Notes under the pieces: model-generated
Database searches by the model: none
What the model saw: only the letters and a program-made list of their open reading frames with translations
What the model was told of the DNA's origin: nothing
Part shown: positions 10,505 through 23,416 of the stretch, in pieces
Position numbering within the stretch: the stretch's first letter is position 1
Layout: every line of letters starts with the position of its first letter
Made by a program: the position numbers and the translations under genes
DNA from: Massalongia carnosa
Lineage: Eukaryota
Direction: 5' to 3'
Assembly (NCBI GenBank): GCA_965645245.1
Contig: OZ287067.1
Coordinates: forward strand, 1,364,001 to 1,428,000
DNA: 64,000 nucleotides

Positions 10505-11899
10505 AATCCCCCCCTTTTCCTAGCTTTTCTTCTTCCTGCATTTCGCTTATTTTTCCTTTCCTTTTCTTGTTCCCCCCGGGCTTACTTCCTTACGACCTTG
10601 CCTACTCTCCCCACTATTTTTTCTCATTGTCTGTTGCTAGTCGTTTTTTAACCCGCTCACTTATCTATCGATCCCTTCCTTCCTTCCTACCTTCCCTTCC
10701 ACTCAACTTTACCCGTTTCTTCCACTTCCGCTTAATATAGCTGGATTGACCTGAATAGTAGAACCCTAGCCTTAGCTAGTCAGTTAGCCACTCACTAGAC
10801 TAGAAGTGGCGCTTGCTTTTATTCTATCTTCTTCATCTTTCTATAAGTGCCTGTTGTTGGGGGGGCGGGATAGCTTTTATATATGTATGTGTTGTATGTG
10901 TGTCGGGGGGGAGGGGAAGGGAGGGTAGGGCTTATTGTTTTGTTTTATTTTGTCACTATTTATTATTTTACTATATGCAGCTATCTGCCTCTTTATCTAC
11001 CTATATAGCTATAGACACATAAAATAACACGGTATCTACCTAAACCACCCACACCCTTCTTCTATCCACTTCTCTTCTAACACACCTGTCCCACCCACAT
11101 TGCTCCCCTTAATCTACCTTCTACCTTCCACTCTCTACTCTACACCTTTCCCCCCTTCTTCTCTTCCTTTCTTTTCTTCCTTTCTTCCTTTCCCCCTCTC
11201 TTCCTTTCTTTTCTTCCTTTCTTCCTTTCCCCCTCTCTTCCATCGTACCGTTCCATCCTATCAAATTCTACTCCATCTCCTACGTACGTACACGATCATT
11301 CCTCCCCCCCCCCACATGAAAGACACCGACAATCCGTAACACGAGATGAGAATGGTGCTGGGTGAGCTTGGAAAAAGGGTTGGACTTTCACGTTGGCCTT
11401 TTGGGGGCCCAACATCTAGGAATCGATCAGTTGGGATGGGTGGGGACGATACAATGAAGATCGAGTTACAAGGTACAAGGCACAGCTTAACTAGTTGTGC
11501 CCAATCTTGACGTAGGTACTCGCCACTGCTGGGATAGCTAGGATTTTCTCTTTCCCTCATCTAATTGAAATAATTCATACATGTCCAAGGCCAATCTTAC
11601 TCCTCGAAACTCCTCTCGCTGTATATGTGTAATATTTCTCAATCGAGGGATTTGGATTGAGATTGAAAACGTCGAGAGACCTGCTGATCATTGTGTATTT
11701 AACTGACTTTAACGTGAAAGTTAAAGTTTATAAAGACAACACTCCAACACTGTACTTGAAGCGATATGCCGATGAATACACAACACTTGATTGAATCAAG
11801 AGAGTTATGAATCACAATGATTACCATGATATAGGTACGTGTTATACCTCTGAAAACATGACGAATATGTTGAAGAGACAAGCTCCCTTATGAAAATCA

Positions 11900-12965
11900 A
11901 ATGGTGACGCCGCGGTCTGTTGCTACGAGCCGAGTCTCGCATTCCGTGATGCTGCACTTTGCTATGTCAAAAATAGTCGATCAAAAGGATGATTCATGTG
12001 TTATGGTCAATGGGGAGGGTGTGCGAATAATATGTATTTTTATTACTGGACAGAGGCCCAAACTTGTCTCAGCCCCAGAGCAGCGATGGAACAGTTTCTA
12101 GCCAGTCATACAAAATGAATGTCCAACACTGATTTTCACATTGGGACGACAGAATCAAGGCCGATGGTGTGGCGAAATTATTCACGATCGTACAGACGGG
12201 TTGGTTTATCCTTCAGTGTTTAGCGCGGCTGATACAGCAAATCAGCCTAAGGACGCTGGAGCTCAGGACTATGGCATTTTTCATGTGCACAATCGCACGA
12301 ATATCATGTGGTGGGCCAAGCCAAAGGATGCTTTTTCCCGTCATCCTTAAGATCGATTGCACGCTTAAGGACCTGTTGGCGCTGGCCGGACCTCAGATCT
12401 TAGATGCAAAATCGGAAGCAGCTCGTTGGAAATGGTCACCGTTGGAAAAGTTCAACGACCTGCGGCCGAATTCCCTGGCTGATGTAGGACAGTATCTCCC
12501 CGTATGAGCAGTTTTCGGTTCTCCCAACCAGCTCAGAAGATTGGTTTTCGCAACGATCGCTTGCCACCGCTCGAGAGTGATTGGCTCCTGAATCACTTTC
12601 GCACCGTATCGTCCCTCCTTTTAGGTACTATCCATGTTGTAGGATGGAACATTAGCTTTCCAACACGAATAGAGCATATCATCTGGCGCGTCTGTAGTCA
12701 TAATGTTTTCCTTGGTTGTTGCGTTTTGGGCCGTTGATGCTGGTGTAGAGCTTTATTAGAGGAAGAGGAGAGTGCCTGGACATTAAATGGTTGCTGTCAC
12801 GCCCGTCAAGATGGTACATTAATGCGGTTATCGTAATATTGTACAATACGTGACTATAAGGATATATATCCTGATTGAGCTGTTTGTATGCTTACGCTCG
12901 TTACCGGCGGTTGCGTTTAAAACGGTTGACTGTTGACTGGACCTTTTTCATTCCTCATTTATGAC
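11900..12965 (+). pseudogene. Degenerate gene of an uncharacterised fungal multi-pass membrane protein family
   Basis: Fragments in shifting frames: KADGVAKLFTIVQTGWFILQCLAR..LELRTMAF, WWAKPKD, LGTIHVVGWNISFPTRIEHIIWRVCS, IELFVCLRSLP. Several frameshifts and stops; boundaries are approximate. Confidence 0.7.
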
Positions 12966-13363
12966 TGGTTAGGAAAATACGCTCACTTCGTTTGTTCTGT
13001 CCCCTGCGAGAGAGAGCTGTTGTGTTGCATCTGAGACCATAATCGCTTTCGCCCGAGAAAAGCGAAACTTTTTAGTAGCAGGATCATTTTCCACCTACGT
13101 ATCACGCTGCGGCACTGCTATATGGCGCCTGGTTTCAGCCGCGAAGTTAACTACGACTTTTGAAAGAAGCTCGATGCCTACTCCCCCTGAGTTGTTGCAA
13201 CTTTTCCAGAACCCTACCCGTGATGATGCTCCGACCTCACATTTTGAGAACTCCGCTAGCAGACTTTAAACCTTCACTCATTGAGTTCCGCTTCTTCCGA
13301 TGACTAGAAAGGCCATGTCTTGACGCATTTCTCCATCTTCGCCTCAACGCAGCCGAAATCTCA

Positions 13364-14336
13364 ATGCTAGACCTTGTTCCCGTCCCGCCCTTCCTCCGCG
13401 ATGCCATCAACCCCCTAACTAACCTCCTCCATCTCCACACCCTGCCCCTCCACATCCATGAAGTCGTCCTCAGCTACATCTTTTACACCTTCCTCAACGC
13501 CTTCCTCGCGCCCCGCCTCTCCGCATACCTGTTCCCCATCACCTACGCCGAATTCCCGTCACGCACGAGACTGCAATGGAACATACACGTCACGTCGTTC
13601 GTAAACGCGACCGTCGTATCCGCGGCCGCGCTGTATGTGCTCTACGCGGATCGGGATCGGGTGAGCGACACGTGGGAAGAGAGGATGTGGGGATATACGG
13701 GGTTGGGGGGGATGGTGCAGGCGTTCGGGGCGGGGTATTTTGTTTGGGATGTGCAGGTGTGCGCTACGCACGTTGAGACACTGGGCGTAATGGATCTGTT
13801 GCATGCTGTGGTTGCGCTGAGTATAGCAATCTTGGGTTTCGTATGCCACGCTGACGCATTCCCCTCAACGTCCTTTCTATTGAGCTAGCATGCTGACTGT
13901 GCGCTAGCATCCTTTTGGCTTGTACTATGGAATACAGTACGCCTTGGTGGAGCTCTCCACCCCGTTCGTCAACATCCACTGGTTTCTTAACAAGTTGAAT
14001 AGAGCAGGCTCGACCTTTCAGATCATCAACGGCATGCTCCTCATCGTGACCTTTGCATGCTGCCGGCTTATATGGGGGTCTTACCTTACCATTGTGTTTT
14101 TCCGCGATGTGTGGACGGCGCTACATGCGCCACAGTCCTCTTGGACGGAGTATGAGTACTCGCCGTTGGAGAGGCCTCTCATACTTGAACACCAAGCGCC
14201 TTGGTGGCTTGCTGTCATGTTTATGATTAGCAATGCGGTTATTATGTCGCTGAGCGCCTTCTGGTTCACGAAGATGATTGCCGCGATACGGAAACATATC
14301 GAAACGTCTAACAGAAAGAAAATAAGGTCTAACTAA
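13364..14336 (+). CDS. TLC (TRAM/LAG1/CLN8) domain membrane protein (intron 13841-13907)
   Basis: LHLHTLPLHIHEV, WNIHVTSFV, ERMWGYTG, GYFVWD, ELSTPFVNIHWFL, FACCRLIWG and FWFTKMI are typical of the fungal TLC/DUF887 family; the splice is in frame. Confidence 0.9.
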
Positions 14337-14602
14337 TCATGATTGTGGCCTTACGTGTTACAAATGACTTTAGCAAAGTAAATTCCAGCCACATACTGCG
14401 CTAAATAATACTTGTCTCACAAGATGAAACTTTTTTTGGCTTACCAAAATCCGTGAAATCTACGTGGCTAGAAAAGGGGTTGTGATTACGTGAAGGGAAT
14501 AACGGCCCAAGTAGCTGCTACAAAAGTGTAACTAGCGTAAGCAAAGGGAATGATTTGACCAAGACCCTACAAAACCATAATCCCAACTCCTCTCCACCGA
14601 AC

Positions 14603-15664
14603 CTATTCCATACCCATCCCCTCACCCCGCCCCCGCCCCCTCCCCATCCTCCTTTCTCCCCCTCTAATCCCACCTTCCCCCCCCCCAGCACCCAGTCCTG
14701 CCATCCCGAAGCCCATTCCCATTCCCGGCGGCATCTCCCCAATACCTCTTTCCACGCCCTCTTCCCCCCCAAACCCTCGCATGCGTTCCCCGCCTACACC
14801 GTCGTCATCGCCTAGACCGCCTGCCATGAATATTCCTGGATCCGGTATGCCCGGTGGCATGCCCGGTGGCATTCCGGGCTGCATCTCTGATGAGCCCCCC
14901 CTTGGCTGTCTCCTTCGGCTTCCGCCCTCTGAGCCAGACTGGCGTCGTGAACGTCGAGGGGCTTGCAGAGGTGATGGGGGCACGCTCGGGTACGCGGAGC
15001 CGGCAGAGAAGGATCGCTGGGATTCTTCCACGCTGCGGGCATAGGCATGGCGGGGCGCACGATTAGGTTCTGAACGACGGCTACGGGCGCGGTGATGGCT
15101 TTGGGTATGTCGTGCGGGGGGATAGTTTGGCGGGGGGTTAGGCTGATCTAGAGCGATAGTTAGGGAGGAAAGAGATTCGGGTTGAGAAGTGAGCGCACGG
15201 TTTCGGTTGGCGAGGTGTGGAGTTTGTCGGCGGCCACCACTGTTTAGATGTTCTCCATAAAGGGGTGCATTTAATCCTTCATGTAGGTATCGGCCACCTC
15301 GAAGTCGATCCGCTTCCTTGCGGGGATCTCGGTAGTCAAAACCCCGATTCTGAGGCCTATCTCCCTGCCGATTTCGATGACCTCCCCCTCGCCGGTTTTG
15401 GTAGTCTCCTCCTTCATATCCACAAGCCTCTCCGCCTCGATTCGAACGACGGACGTTGAACCTTGGATGATTTGGGTGTGCTTGATGTGCTACCGCAGCT
15501 CGGAAATCTGCTTCTCTTTGGTGGCGTCGGTGTTCTGATTGATCCTTACGATATTTTTGATATTCGCCGTGATGGCGAAGACACTCCGTTAATTGAATGG
15601 TAAGGTTTTTAATATGTTCGTGTTCCAGCACTTGTCTAGTCTCGCGACTGTTTAGGTTTCCCAT
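14603..15664 (-). CDS. Hypothetical low-complexity R/G/P-rich protein (353 aa)
   Basis: Uninterrupted ATG-initiated 1062-nt ORF with no recognisable domain. Confidence 0.6.
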   Translation of the reverse strand: MGNLNSRETRQVLEHEHIKNLTIQLTECLRHHGEYQKYRKDQSEHRRHQREADFRAAVAHQAHPNHPRFNVRRSNRGGEACGYEGGDYQNRRGGGHRNRQGDRPQNRGFDYRDPRKEADRLRGGRYLHEGLNAPLYGEHLNSGGRRQTPHLANRNRALTSQPESLSSLTIALDQPNPPPNYPPARHTQSHHRARSRRSEPNRAPRHAYARSVEESQRSFSAGSAYPSVPPSPLQAPRRSRRQSGSEGGSRRRQPRGGSSEMQPGMPPGMPPGIPDPGIFMAGGLGDDDGVGGERMRGFGGEEGVERGIGEMPPGMGMGFGMAGLGAGGGEGGIRGGERRMGRGRGRGEGMGME

Positions 15665-16498
15665 GAAGACAAAACTCTTGCTATACGGAAGAGCGAGAAT
15701 GAAGGAAATGGTTTAAGGAGAGCAGACTGGAAATTTCAACAATCTTTGTTGTCGCGCAAGGATATTGTGACTACATGCACACATTGTTTGACTATCAAGC
15801 TTGCTCCTGCCGCATTCTAAACATGGACCTTATGACGTCGCCCTTGACAAACTTTGGAAGTGTTTGCTTCTGAGCGATCTGCGCAGGTCACAAGGTGAAA
15901 GCAAGCGGCCCAAGTTGACGTAGCGCAAAAATACCGAATTGAGATTTTCAATATCTCGAGAAAGGGTTTTCAATAAATTTGCTAACAGGTTTTCCGCACT
16001 GCAGCCGTAACTTGGTTACTTTTAGGATTATGTAGCTTCACCATAATATACGATAATGCAGTAAGTTGATGGTTCAAAGTGCATGTCCAACTTCGGGCAT
16101 CTGAACGGTAGAATGAAAACGGTGAGTTTCCACCAAATAAGTTATCAAAACAATGAGATCAGCATATTTTGTGCATTAGCATAAGATAGACAAATAATAG
16201 CCTCGATAATCTATAGGTCGCGGAAGCCAAGAAACAAATACAACCCAGGCCTAAGGACCGATGGGAACAGTCAGAATCCCTCCTCGACTTTAAATGAATA
16301 ACCACACCAAGAGATTGTTAAGATAGACCTAAAAAATGAGGATGAAATTTATATAGGCAACTTGATAGAGAGGTGGAGATCTTGGAAGACAATTCTGAAG
16401 TCCTTACTTTCGAATGTTGGCAACTTCTTTTAGCTTTCTGAACATGGATATGGTCTATTCTCATCGGGTTTTCTACCATACTTAGGATTCGATGCTCA

Positions 16499-17954
16499 TT
16501 AGTTAGGTAGCAGGTCTGCCTCAATGATAACTCCAACCTTACGAAGCCTGTCAACAAATGGCTGCCCTAACATGGCGGGAGTCAATAGACCACCTCCAAG
16601 CTCCTTAATGAGGCCGTCGTTTTGAATGAGTACCATCGCTGCTTCTGCAAGAAGTAATCCCGTCAGGTAATATATACCTCCGTCATATCTAAATCTGGCT
16701 AGGGCACGCTTTGGTGTAGGACTATTTTGGTCAGCTGTTCCTACGGCACGGTATTCGATTGATTCATCTTTGGTTAATTCCTTCGGAGGACCTTGGCCAG
16801 GAGCGTAGACGAGCTTTTTCAATAGCCATCGGATAAGGGGAGATGCCAAGGCAAGGCTAAGCAAGCAGACGACAAAATGTAGGGCGACCCCAGTAGCCTT
16901 GTTAGGGACCTTCGCATACTCTTCATATGTAAATTTGGGCCCGTAAACCTTGCCACCATCTAGCAAGCCCCAGCTTCGCTGTACAATCACCGCGTTTGGG
17001 CCTGCAAAAATAGAGGTTGATAGAGTCCCAAGTGGCGGAACAGAGCGAACGCCAAATATCTTGGTCCCTAGCGACGTTGGTTTTTGCGGCTTCGAGCCTA
17101 CGATTGGGGATAGTGCCCAAGGTTTCATTGAATCGCCCACCTCCTTGAGACTATAGTGATCAGCTAGACCCAGAAGAGTTGCGAGTGTTCCACCAGAAGG
17201 CGCCGACCTATATTTTGAGTCAAAATCTCCACTCTCTATGTGCAGATCTGGAAGTACAGACTTCATTTCGTGGAGGCAGGAAATAACGTCCTTTGTGCCG
17301 ACAGAAAACTTATCTCTAATCAACTTGACCACCGACCAAGCAACCAAGTCTGACGGAGCAGATTCGACACCGATTTCTGGTATAATCTACGTGTATTTTA
17401 GCTTCCCCTGAGATCACGCATCCTAGCTGAATTTCTTACAATTGCCTTATTCCGTTTCGCAGTCTTATGATGTATCTTAATCATATCAAGAACCCAAGGG
17501 GATTCACCGGTACTACCACTAGTTAGTGGGATGGTATTAGTGAAAGAGCTTCTAGAGGCTAACACATCTAGGTAATGAGTCCCATTCTTCACGCAGGCTT
17601 CGACAACGTTGTTACCATAAAGGTGGTATGGGCCAATAGTGTTAATGAGAACCCGAGTTTTTCTTGTGAGAACATCAAGATCTTCTAGTGTCAGAGCAGT
17701 CACTTCGACTCCTAGATTTCTTTAGCCAATATTGCAGCATAATTCTGCATATGTTGCTTACCAGGTTGGTATCGGCCAAGCTTGAAGGACCTCAGCTCAT
17801 CCACAAGTACGGCTAGCTTGGCCTTAGAGCGACCACTGACGGCCCATCTCAGATCTGCAGGAAGCTGGAGAGTGATGTGCTCTGCGCATAACTTGCCTGT
17901 GTATCCCGTAGCACCTAAAAGAATTATCTCATACTCTCTTGTTGTAGAGCTCAT
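16499..17954 (-). CDS. Saccharopine dehydrogenase-like oxidoreductase (SCCPDH family), 4 exons
   Basis: Rossmann motif IILLGATGYTGK, then WAVSGRS, VLINTIGPYHLYG, VEACVKNGTHYLDV|TGESPW, GVESAPSDL, PSGGTLAT, YYLTGLLLAEAA and GGLLTPA. Confidence 0.9.
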
Positions 17955-18384
17955 CTTGACTCCGTTGAAGATGCGAATTCAAAAGAGGAACTCGAGGTCA
18001 AAGCGCCTAGCTTCACATACGGTAACTGGGCAAAAAGAATCGGAGTCCAGGAATAATACCTCATCCTTATATAGAGATTATATCATATATCCAGCAGCAA
18101 AAAACCTTACTCGGATCAATGATTGGTCCGAGAACAAAAGCTCTCTAATGCTACCTATATCATGTCGGAGTGCCTTCTCTTTTCATCATGAATCGTCTTT
18201 CTACTCTGGTTTGGATCTTTGGTAAGGATGCACGGATGGTATTCGAGGATGAAGAAATCGAACTCGGAGCGCCAAGGCTTCTATCCCGCTTAAGCGAGGG
18301 CTAGTCAAGATTCAACGCACCACATCAATCCACTTTTTAAATACAAAGAAAGCCATTCCCACGTCCTTTAAACCACAGGCAAAG

Positions 18385-18880
18385 ATGACGAAGCGTACAA
18401 AGAGTATGTATACAGGATTGGAAATGCGTGAGGAATCTTTGTGATGCTAATTGTGCTACAGAGGTTGGTGTCACCGGTAAATACGGAACCAGGTATTTCC
18501 ATCGCAAACCCCACAGCGCGCGCATCTTTGGTCCGCCATTTCCATCAACGAGCTAACATAATGCAACAAGATATGGTGCATCTCTGCGCAAGCAGGTCAA
18601 GAAAATGGAGATTACACAGCACGCTCGATACACATGCACGTTTTGCGGGAAAGTTACGGTAAAACGACATTCAGTTGGAATATGGAATTGCCGATCGTGC
18701 AAGAAGACTGTTGCTGGTGGTGCTTGGACTGTGTCGTAAGCGCAAGAATTTCATATTCAACTTGTTAAAAGTACATAATTTGGCAACACGAGACGAGCTG
18801 ACATATTTTTGGACAGGACGCCTGCAGCTGCTGCTACGAGGTCTACCATCCGTCGGTTACGAGAGATCGCAGAAGTTTAG
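18385..18880 (+). CDS. RPL43: 60S ribosomal protein eL43 (4 exons; not visible in the ORF track)
   Basis: Spliced: [92 protein letters not shown]. Confidence 0.97.
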
Positions 18881-19809
18881 TAGAGGTACAAAGGAGGTCA
18901 GATCGCATTTCGATTAGGATCATCGATACGCTCCCTTATGGACGATCGAATCGATAGTCGGTAGCAAGCGTTACTTCAATCAAATCAAATCTAGCCTTTA
19001 CTTATCGATGTCTCCCTTCCACAAAGATCGAAGCTGCAATGCCGGGTCTCAGCCTGTGGAATTAGGGAATATAATATAATGACTTAAATGTGAATTTGAA
19101 AATAAAGCCATGAAAATTGGATTGGCTGAAATAGCGGGATACATGTCTGCAACAGAGTGGTCGCTTTGGTGTTTTAAGCCATTCATCCACTTCAGTCTCA
19201 ACCGTTTCCAATCAAACATCAAGATTTTTGGGTTAGAAACAGTTTGTGTCCATCGGACGACTATTTAGGATTATCGAAGGCGAGCCTTTCTTTTACCTAC
19301 CCTAACCTTATCCTCACGCGACGATACTAGAGGTTGATTCAGCAAGGAAGCATTTCATACATGATTTGCGATGTACGGCAACAGCGGGAGAAGTCCTGAC
19401 CAAATCCGCTTGCAAAGCATGGACACAGATTCTAAGCTTGTTGCAGGTCACCTGATTGTTTTTGCTCCGTGCTGTGAACCTTCGAGAATAAGAGAGCTGC
19501 CTGGTGCAAATCCAAGAAGTGATGGACATCTGACTGACAGACATCATTTACAGTACCTATTCACTTTTATTTCTAACTCCAACCTGCTTACATTAAGCTC
19601 AAATCATTCGCCTTTCAGATCTTAAGCTTCTTCGGAGAACGGTGCATGACCTCCGCTAGCGCTGTTGGCGTTCTCGCTTCGTACAAAACGTACGAATCGC
19701 CCATTTCAACCTTCTCTCTTTCATCCTTCACTCGAAATCATTTACCAGTTTAACTCTATGACTTTGGCTCTAACCTTATTCTCTATAAATTCCTCTAACG
19801 ATCACCAAT

Positions 19810-21739
19810 ATGGAAGAGACGTGTATTGTCTGTTTAGGCGACCTAGGCGAAAGCGCCAATGAACTTCCCCGCCCTGATGTACCAACCTGTGAGCCAGTTG
19901 ACAGCCCCGATAGCTACCTTTTTACGACCAGTTCTAAGTCTCTACCGTACTCCGGTGCTTCCGATGATGGAATGATTGCACACCTCTTGCCCTGCGGCCA
20001 CAACCTCCATAACGACTGCTTGAAACCGTGGGTGGAGCGAGCAAACAGCTGCCCCATTTGTCGCCAGAACTTTAATTTGGTGGAGCTTAGTGTTCAAGTT
20101 GGAGGTTCGTGGAATAAGATTCTGATTTCTCGGCATAAATTTACTAATATAACATACCTCATAAGGTTCTGTCATTTCGTCTTATCCAGTCGATGATCGA
20201 ATCCAAATCGCCGAAGTTGATCCCTCTATGCTCGTTGAAGATTTTGACGACTATCTAGAGTCCCAACCATGTCCGATATGTGATGATGACGACAATGAAG
20301 AAAAACTTCTTGCCTGTGATGGCTGCAGCGTGGAGTATCATATATACTGCGTAGATCTAGAAGAAATCCCTGTGGGTCATTGGTTTTGCGAAGCATGTGC
20401 TACCCAGAGAGCTATTGAGAGCGTGTGCCCTACACGACCGACTCGGCGGTTGCATAATTCAGCAGACAGGCGTACCCGGGGCCAACGACGACAGTTGCGA
20501 AATCGAAGCCAAGTATCATCATCGAGTTGGGCCCGCGTCTGGCAGTCTGTTTGGGATAGGCTCAATCTCGATCTGGACTTTCCTTTCGACGACAACTCCG
20601 CCACATCCCAGTCAGACAGGACCCAACGGGCACAGTCTCAACGCCGTGATTTCCGACAATGGGAGAGGCGGTTTCAGGTTGCTGAAAGACAAGGTGGGAC
20701 AAACAGATTTCGAGATACTGCTTCCACCCTTCTGGACCTTCCAAATTCTCGCCAACGTCCTGACCCTAGAGAACCAGAATCAACGGAAGAGATTCGCGCA
20801 TGGAATGCGTTGGACAAAGCAAAGGAAATACAACGCGATCCAAATTCCAACAAAAGAAAGCGAAAGTCTGCGACCTCCTCACCACGCGACATTGACCCCT
20901 CCCCTCAGCCTCAGCGCCTTTTTAAAAGACCTCGAACTAGACGCGCACTGGATCTAGCTGAATCATTATCATCTGATGCTGCTACTGAGGTACCCTCAGC
21001 AAGGAGGGCTGCAACGAGACCTGCTGATCCGCCAAGACCCGAGATGTCGAATCTAGGCCCCCTCGGTTATGGTCCGAGTTTCCTTCAGTCACTCCTCAAG
21101 GAGGTTGAGTCATCTGCGGCTCCTGACGAAACGAAAGGCCAAACCCGTCCCTTGTTATCAGCCACTGGCCATAATTCTCCTCAAATCTCTTCCCCCGGCG
21201 CTTCGCCTACCGTTTCAAACCATGCCAGTCCTCGCGCGCTGTCGGCAACTCCACCCCCTTTCTCATCAACCCGTCCAGGTTCCCCGTTTTCCTTAACATC
21301 CAAAGTCGAACCTATCTTTCCTCCGCCAGAATTCTCTCCCACAAGATCACCAACCGAACCTACTCTTACGAACCGTGCGCCTCTCGATTCCCGACAACCC
21401 TTCAAAGATCTTCGCCAACCGCGGCCTCGAACCCAAGTATCCCTAGGCTCCTCATCTCCCCTGCGATCCGAAGATACGTCACCCAGCCGTATCAACATGA
21501 CCCTTTCCGCGAAGTCCGATGTGCAGCGCATGGTCAGCGCGGCATTAAAGCCGCACTACAAAAGCAATATCGTATCCAAGGATCAGTATACAGATATCAA
21601 TCGCAAAGTCTCCCGCATGCTATACGACAAGGTTGGTGACACGAGCAACATCAACGGCGACACAAAAGAATCGTGGGAGCGCCTTGCGAATGAAGAGGTG
21701 GCCAAAGCCGTCGAGTCCATTAAACCTGCTACTACATAA
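19810..21739 (+). CDS. RING-H2 and PHD finger protein (Asr1-like E3 ligase family); intron 20105-20165
   Basis: [29 protein letters not shown] (RING-H2), CPIC..LLACDGC..HIYC..WFCEAC (PHD), and a C-terminal helical domain [13 protein letters not shown]. Confidence 0.9.
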
Positions 21740-22682
21740 CTTCTTCTTAGTCGTTGTGTATAATGGCTCATGTTCTTCTACGACGAGCTCTTAGTATAAG
21801 CAGGTGGTGTCAGATTCAGCGCGGCAATTTCTGGGTTTTTCTCTGATCGCGAATGTGATACCCCAAGGTGTTCAATGTCCCTTCTCCGAATAAGCGAATA
21901 AGCGAAAGCTTCGGGCCATGTAACTATATTCATACTGATTTAAGCGGTCGAACTAGGGGATATTAGTATTCGTTGGGTTACCTGACCGTTTGCTGAGGAG
22001 TCGTGTAGGTTAGGGGGGTTCGATAGGTTATATTCCGTTCACGTTCTTGTAGATACCTAAGGTACTGGTCTCACCTAACTTGCCTTACTCAATCTTAGAT
22101 ACCTTTGCATTTTAGATTGTTCTCGATGAATTTGCTCGATGTACGGAGCACATTTGGAGTTACGTTGTACTCTGTCACGTCTGTATCCCTTTCCGCATCA
22201 TGCAAGCGGTAATTAGTAAATCCCCACATTTCTTGCTCGCCGTACCCAACCGGAGCAAGTATACTCCCGTGCCTTCCTATGTTTTTTGCTTTTCGGCAGG
22301 AGTCGTCAACAGTTGTTGAGATCACCACTTTTGGGAACGGGAAGACTTCAGGCGGTTCATTTCGGAGTGACACGACGACATGCGTTGATGACGGGGGCAT
22401 GCTACAAAGCTGGAAAAAGATATTCTTGTCTTTTTGAAAAGTAGTTACTTTGTAGGTAGCTAGTAACTAAGCGCGACATTGAAATGCCATCTATGTGCCA
22501 AGCGGCTCTAAAAACGCAATGCGTACAGGTTTGTTTCACTTAATTTTAATTTTTTCAAGAAACCTTCAAACCGCCTAGAGATTCATTGCTTTGATTCCTC
22601 CACTGTTCTGAATTAACCATTTCTTGCCGTACTGCAATGTAGGTTCCCTATAAACGGCTTACATTCATGCAAGAGTGCCCTT

Positions 22683-23416
22683 TTATGGCTTCGGCGTGGG
22701 CGTCACCCTGACAAACGGCAATGTGAGCTCCGCCAGCGGCGCGATAGATGTTACGAGTGGGGCTGTCAGGATAACGGAGGTTGTGCCGCCCACACTGGCG
22801 ACTTTACTCGCCACTTCCGCAGCAGCGCACACATCCTTCTTCACCAAATCGCCCAGCAAGCCGATGGCGGAGGCAGCCTTGACGTCGATGATCTCGCATA
22901 GCTTATTCACGTTACCCTGCACAGCGCCGATGGCCTGCACGATCCAGATTTCGGTCGAGACCTCAGTGGTCAAGTTGCGGATGAGGGGTAGCGGGGTGAG
23001 AGCCGGCGGTTTGGCGCCGGCGCAGATAATGTTCTGCATTAGCGTGACGTTGTAGAATTGCGCTTGCAATCGGGCGTAGCTGAAGCTGTCGCATAGAAAG
23101 TGTAGCTGGTCTTGCGAAGTAGCGGCTCCGACGATCTGGACAGCTACGAGCTCCGAGACAAGTTGCGCCACCACTTCAATTGTACCAGCTTGGTAGCCAG
23201 CTTCTTGGCGGAGGTAGTTGAGACTGCGGGCCGCTAGGAAGAGGTATCAGCGTATGAATGTGATGGGGGAAATGTCAGATTTGACAGAAATTATTGTCAT
23301 TTACCGGCTGAGTTCTGTAAGGGTTCGTTGGCTTCTTCGATAGGGGAAGCTCCGGTAGTGATCCCGCTTGCCAGGAGCATGAGACCAGCCGCCTCGAATA
23401 TGGATTGGAACTTCAT
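22683..23416 (-). CDS. Small secreted protein of unknown function (exons 23416-23305, 23233-22683; 220 aa)
   Basis: Signal-peptide-like MKFQSIFEAAGLMLLASGITTGA-SPI. A GTAAAT..GCTGAT..TAG intron joins the exons in frame. Four Cys; T/P-rich tail. Confidence 0.75.
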
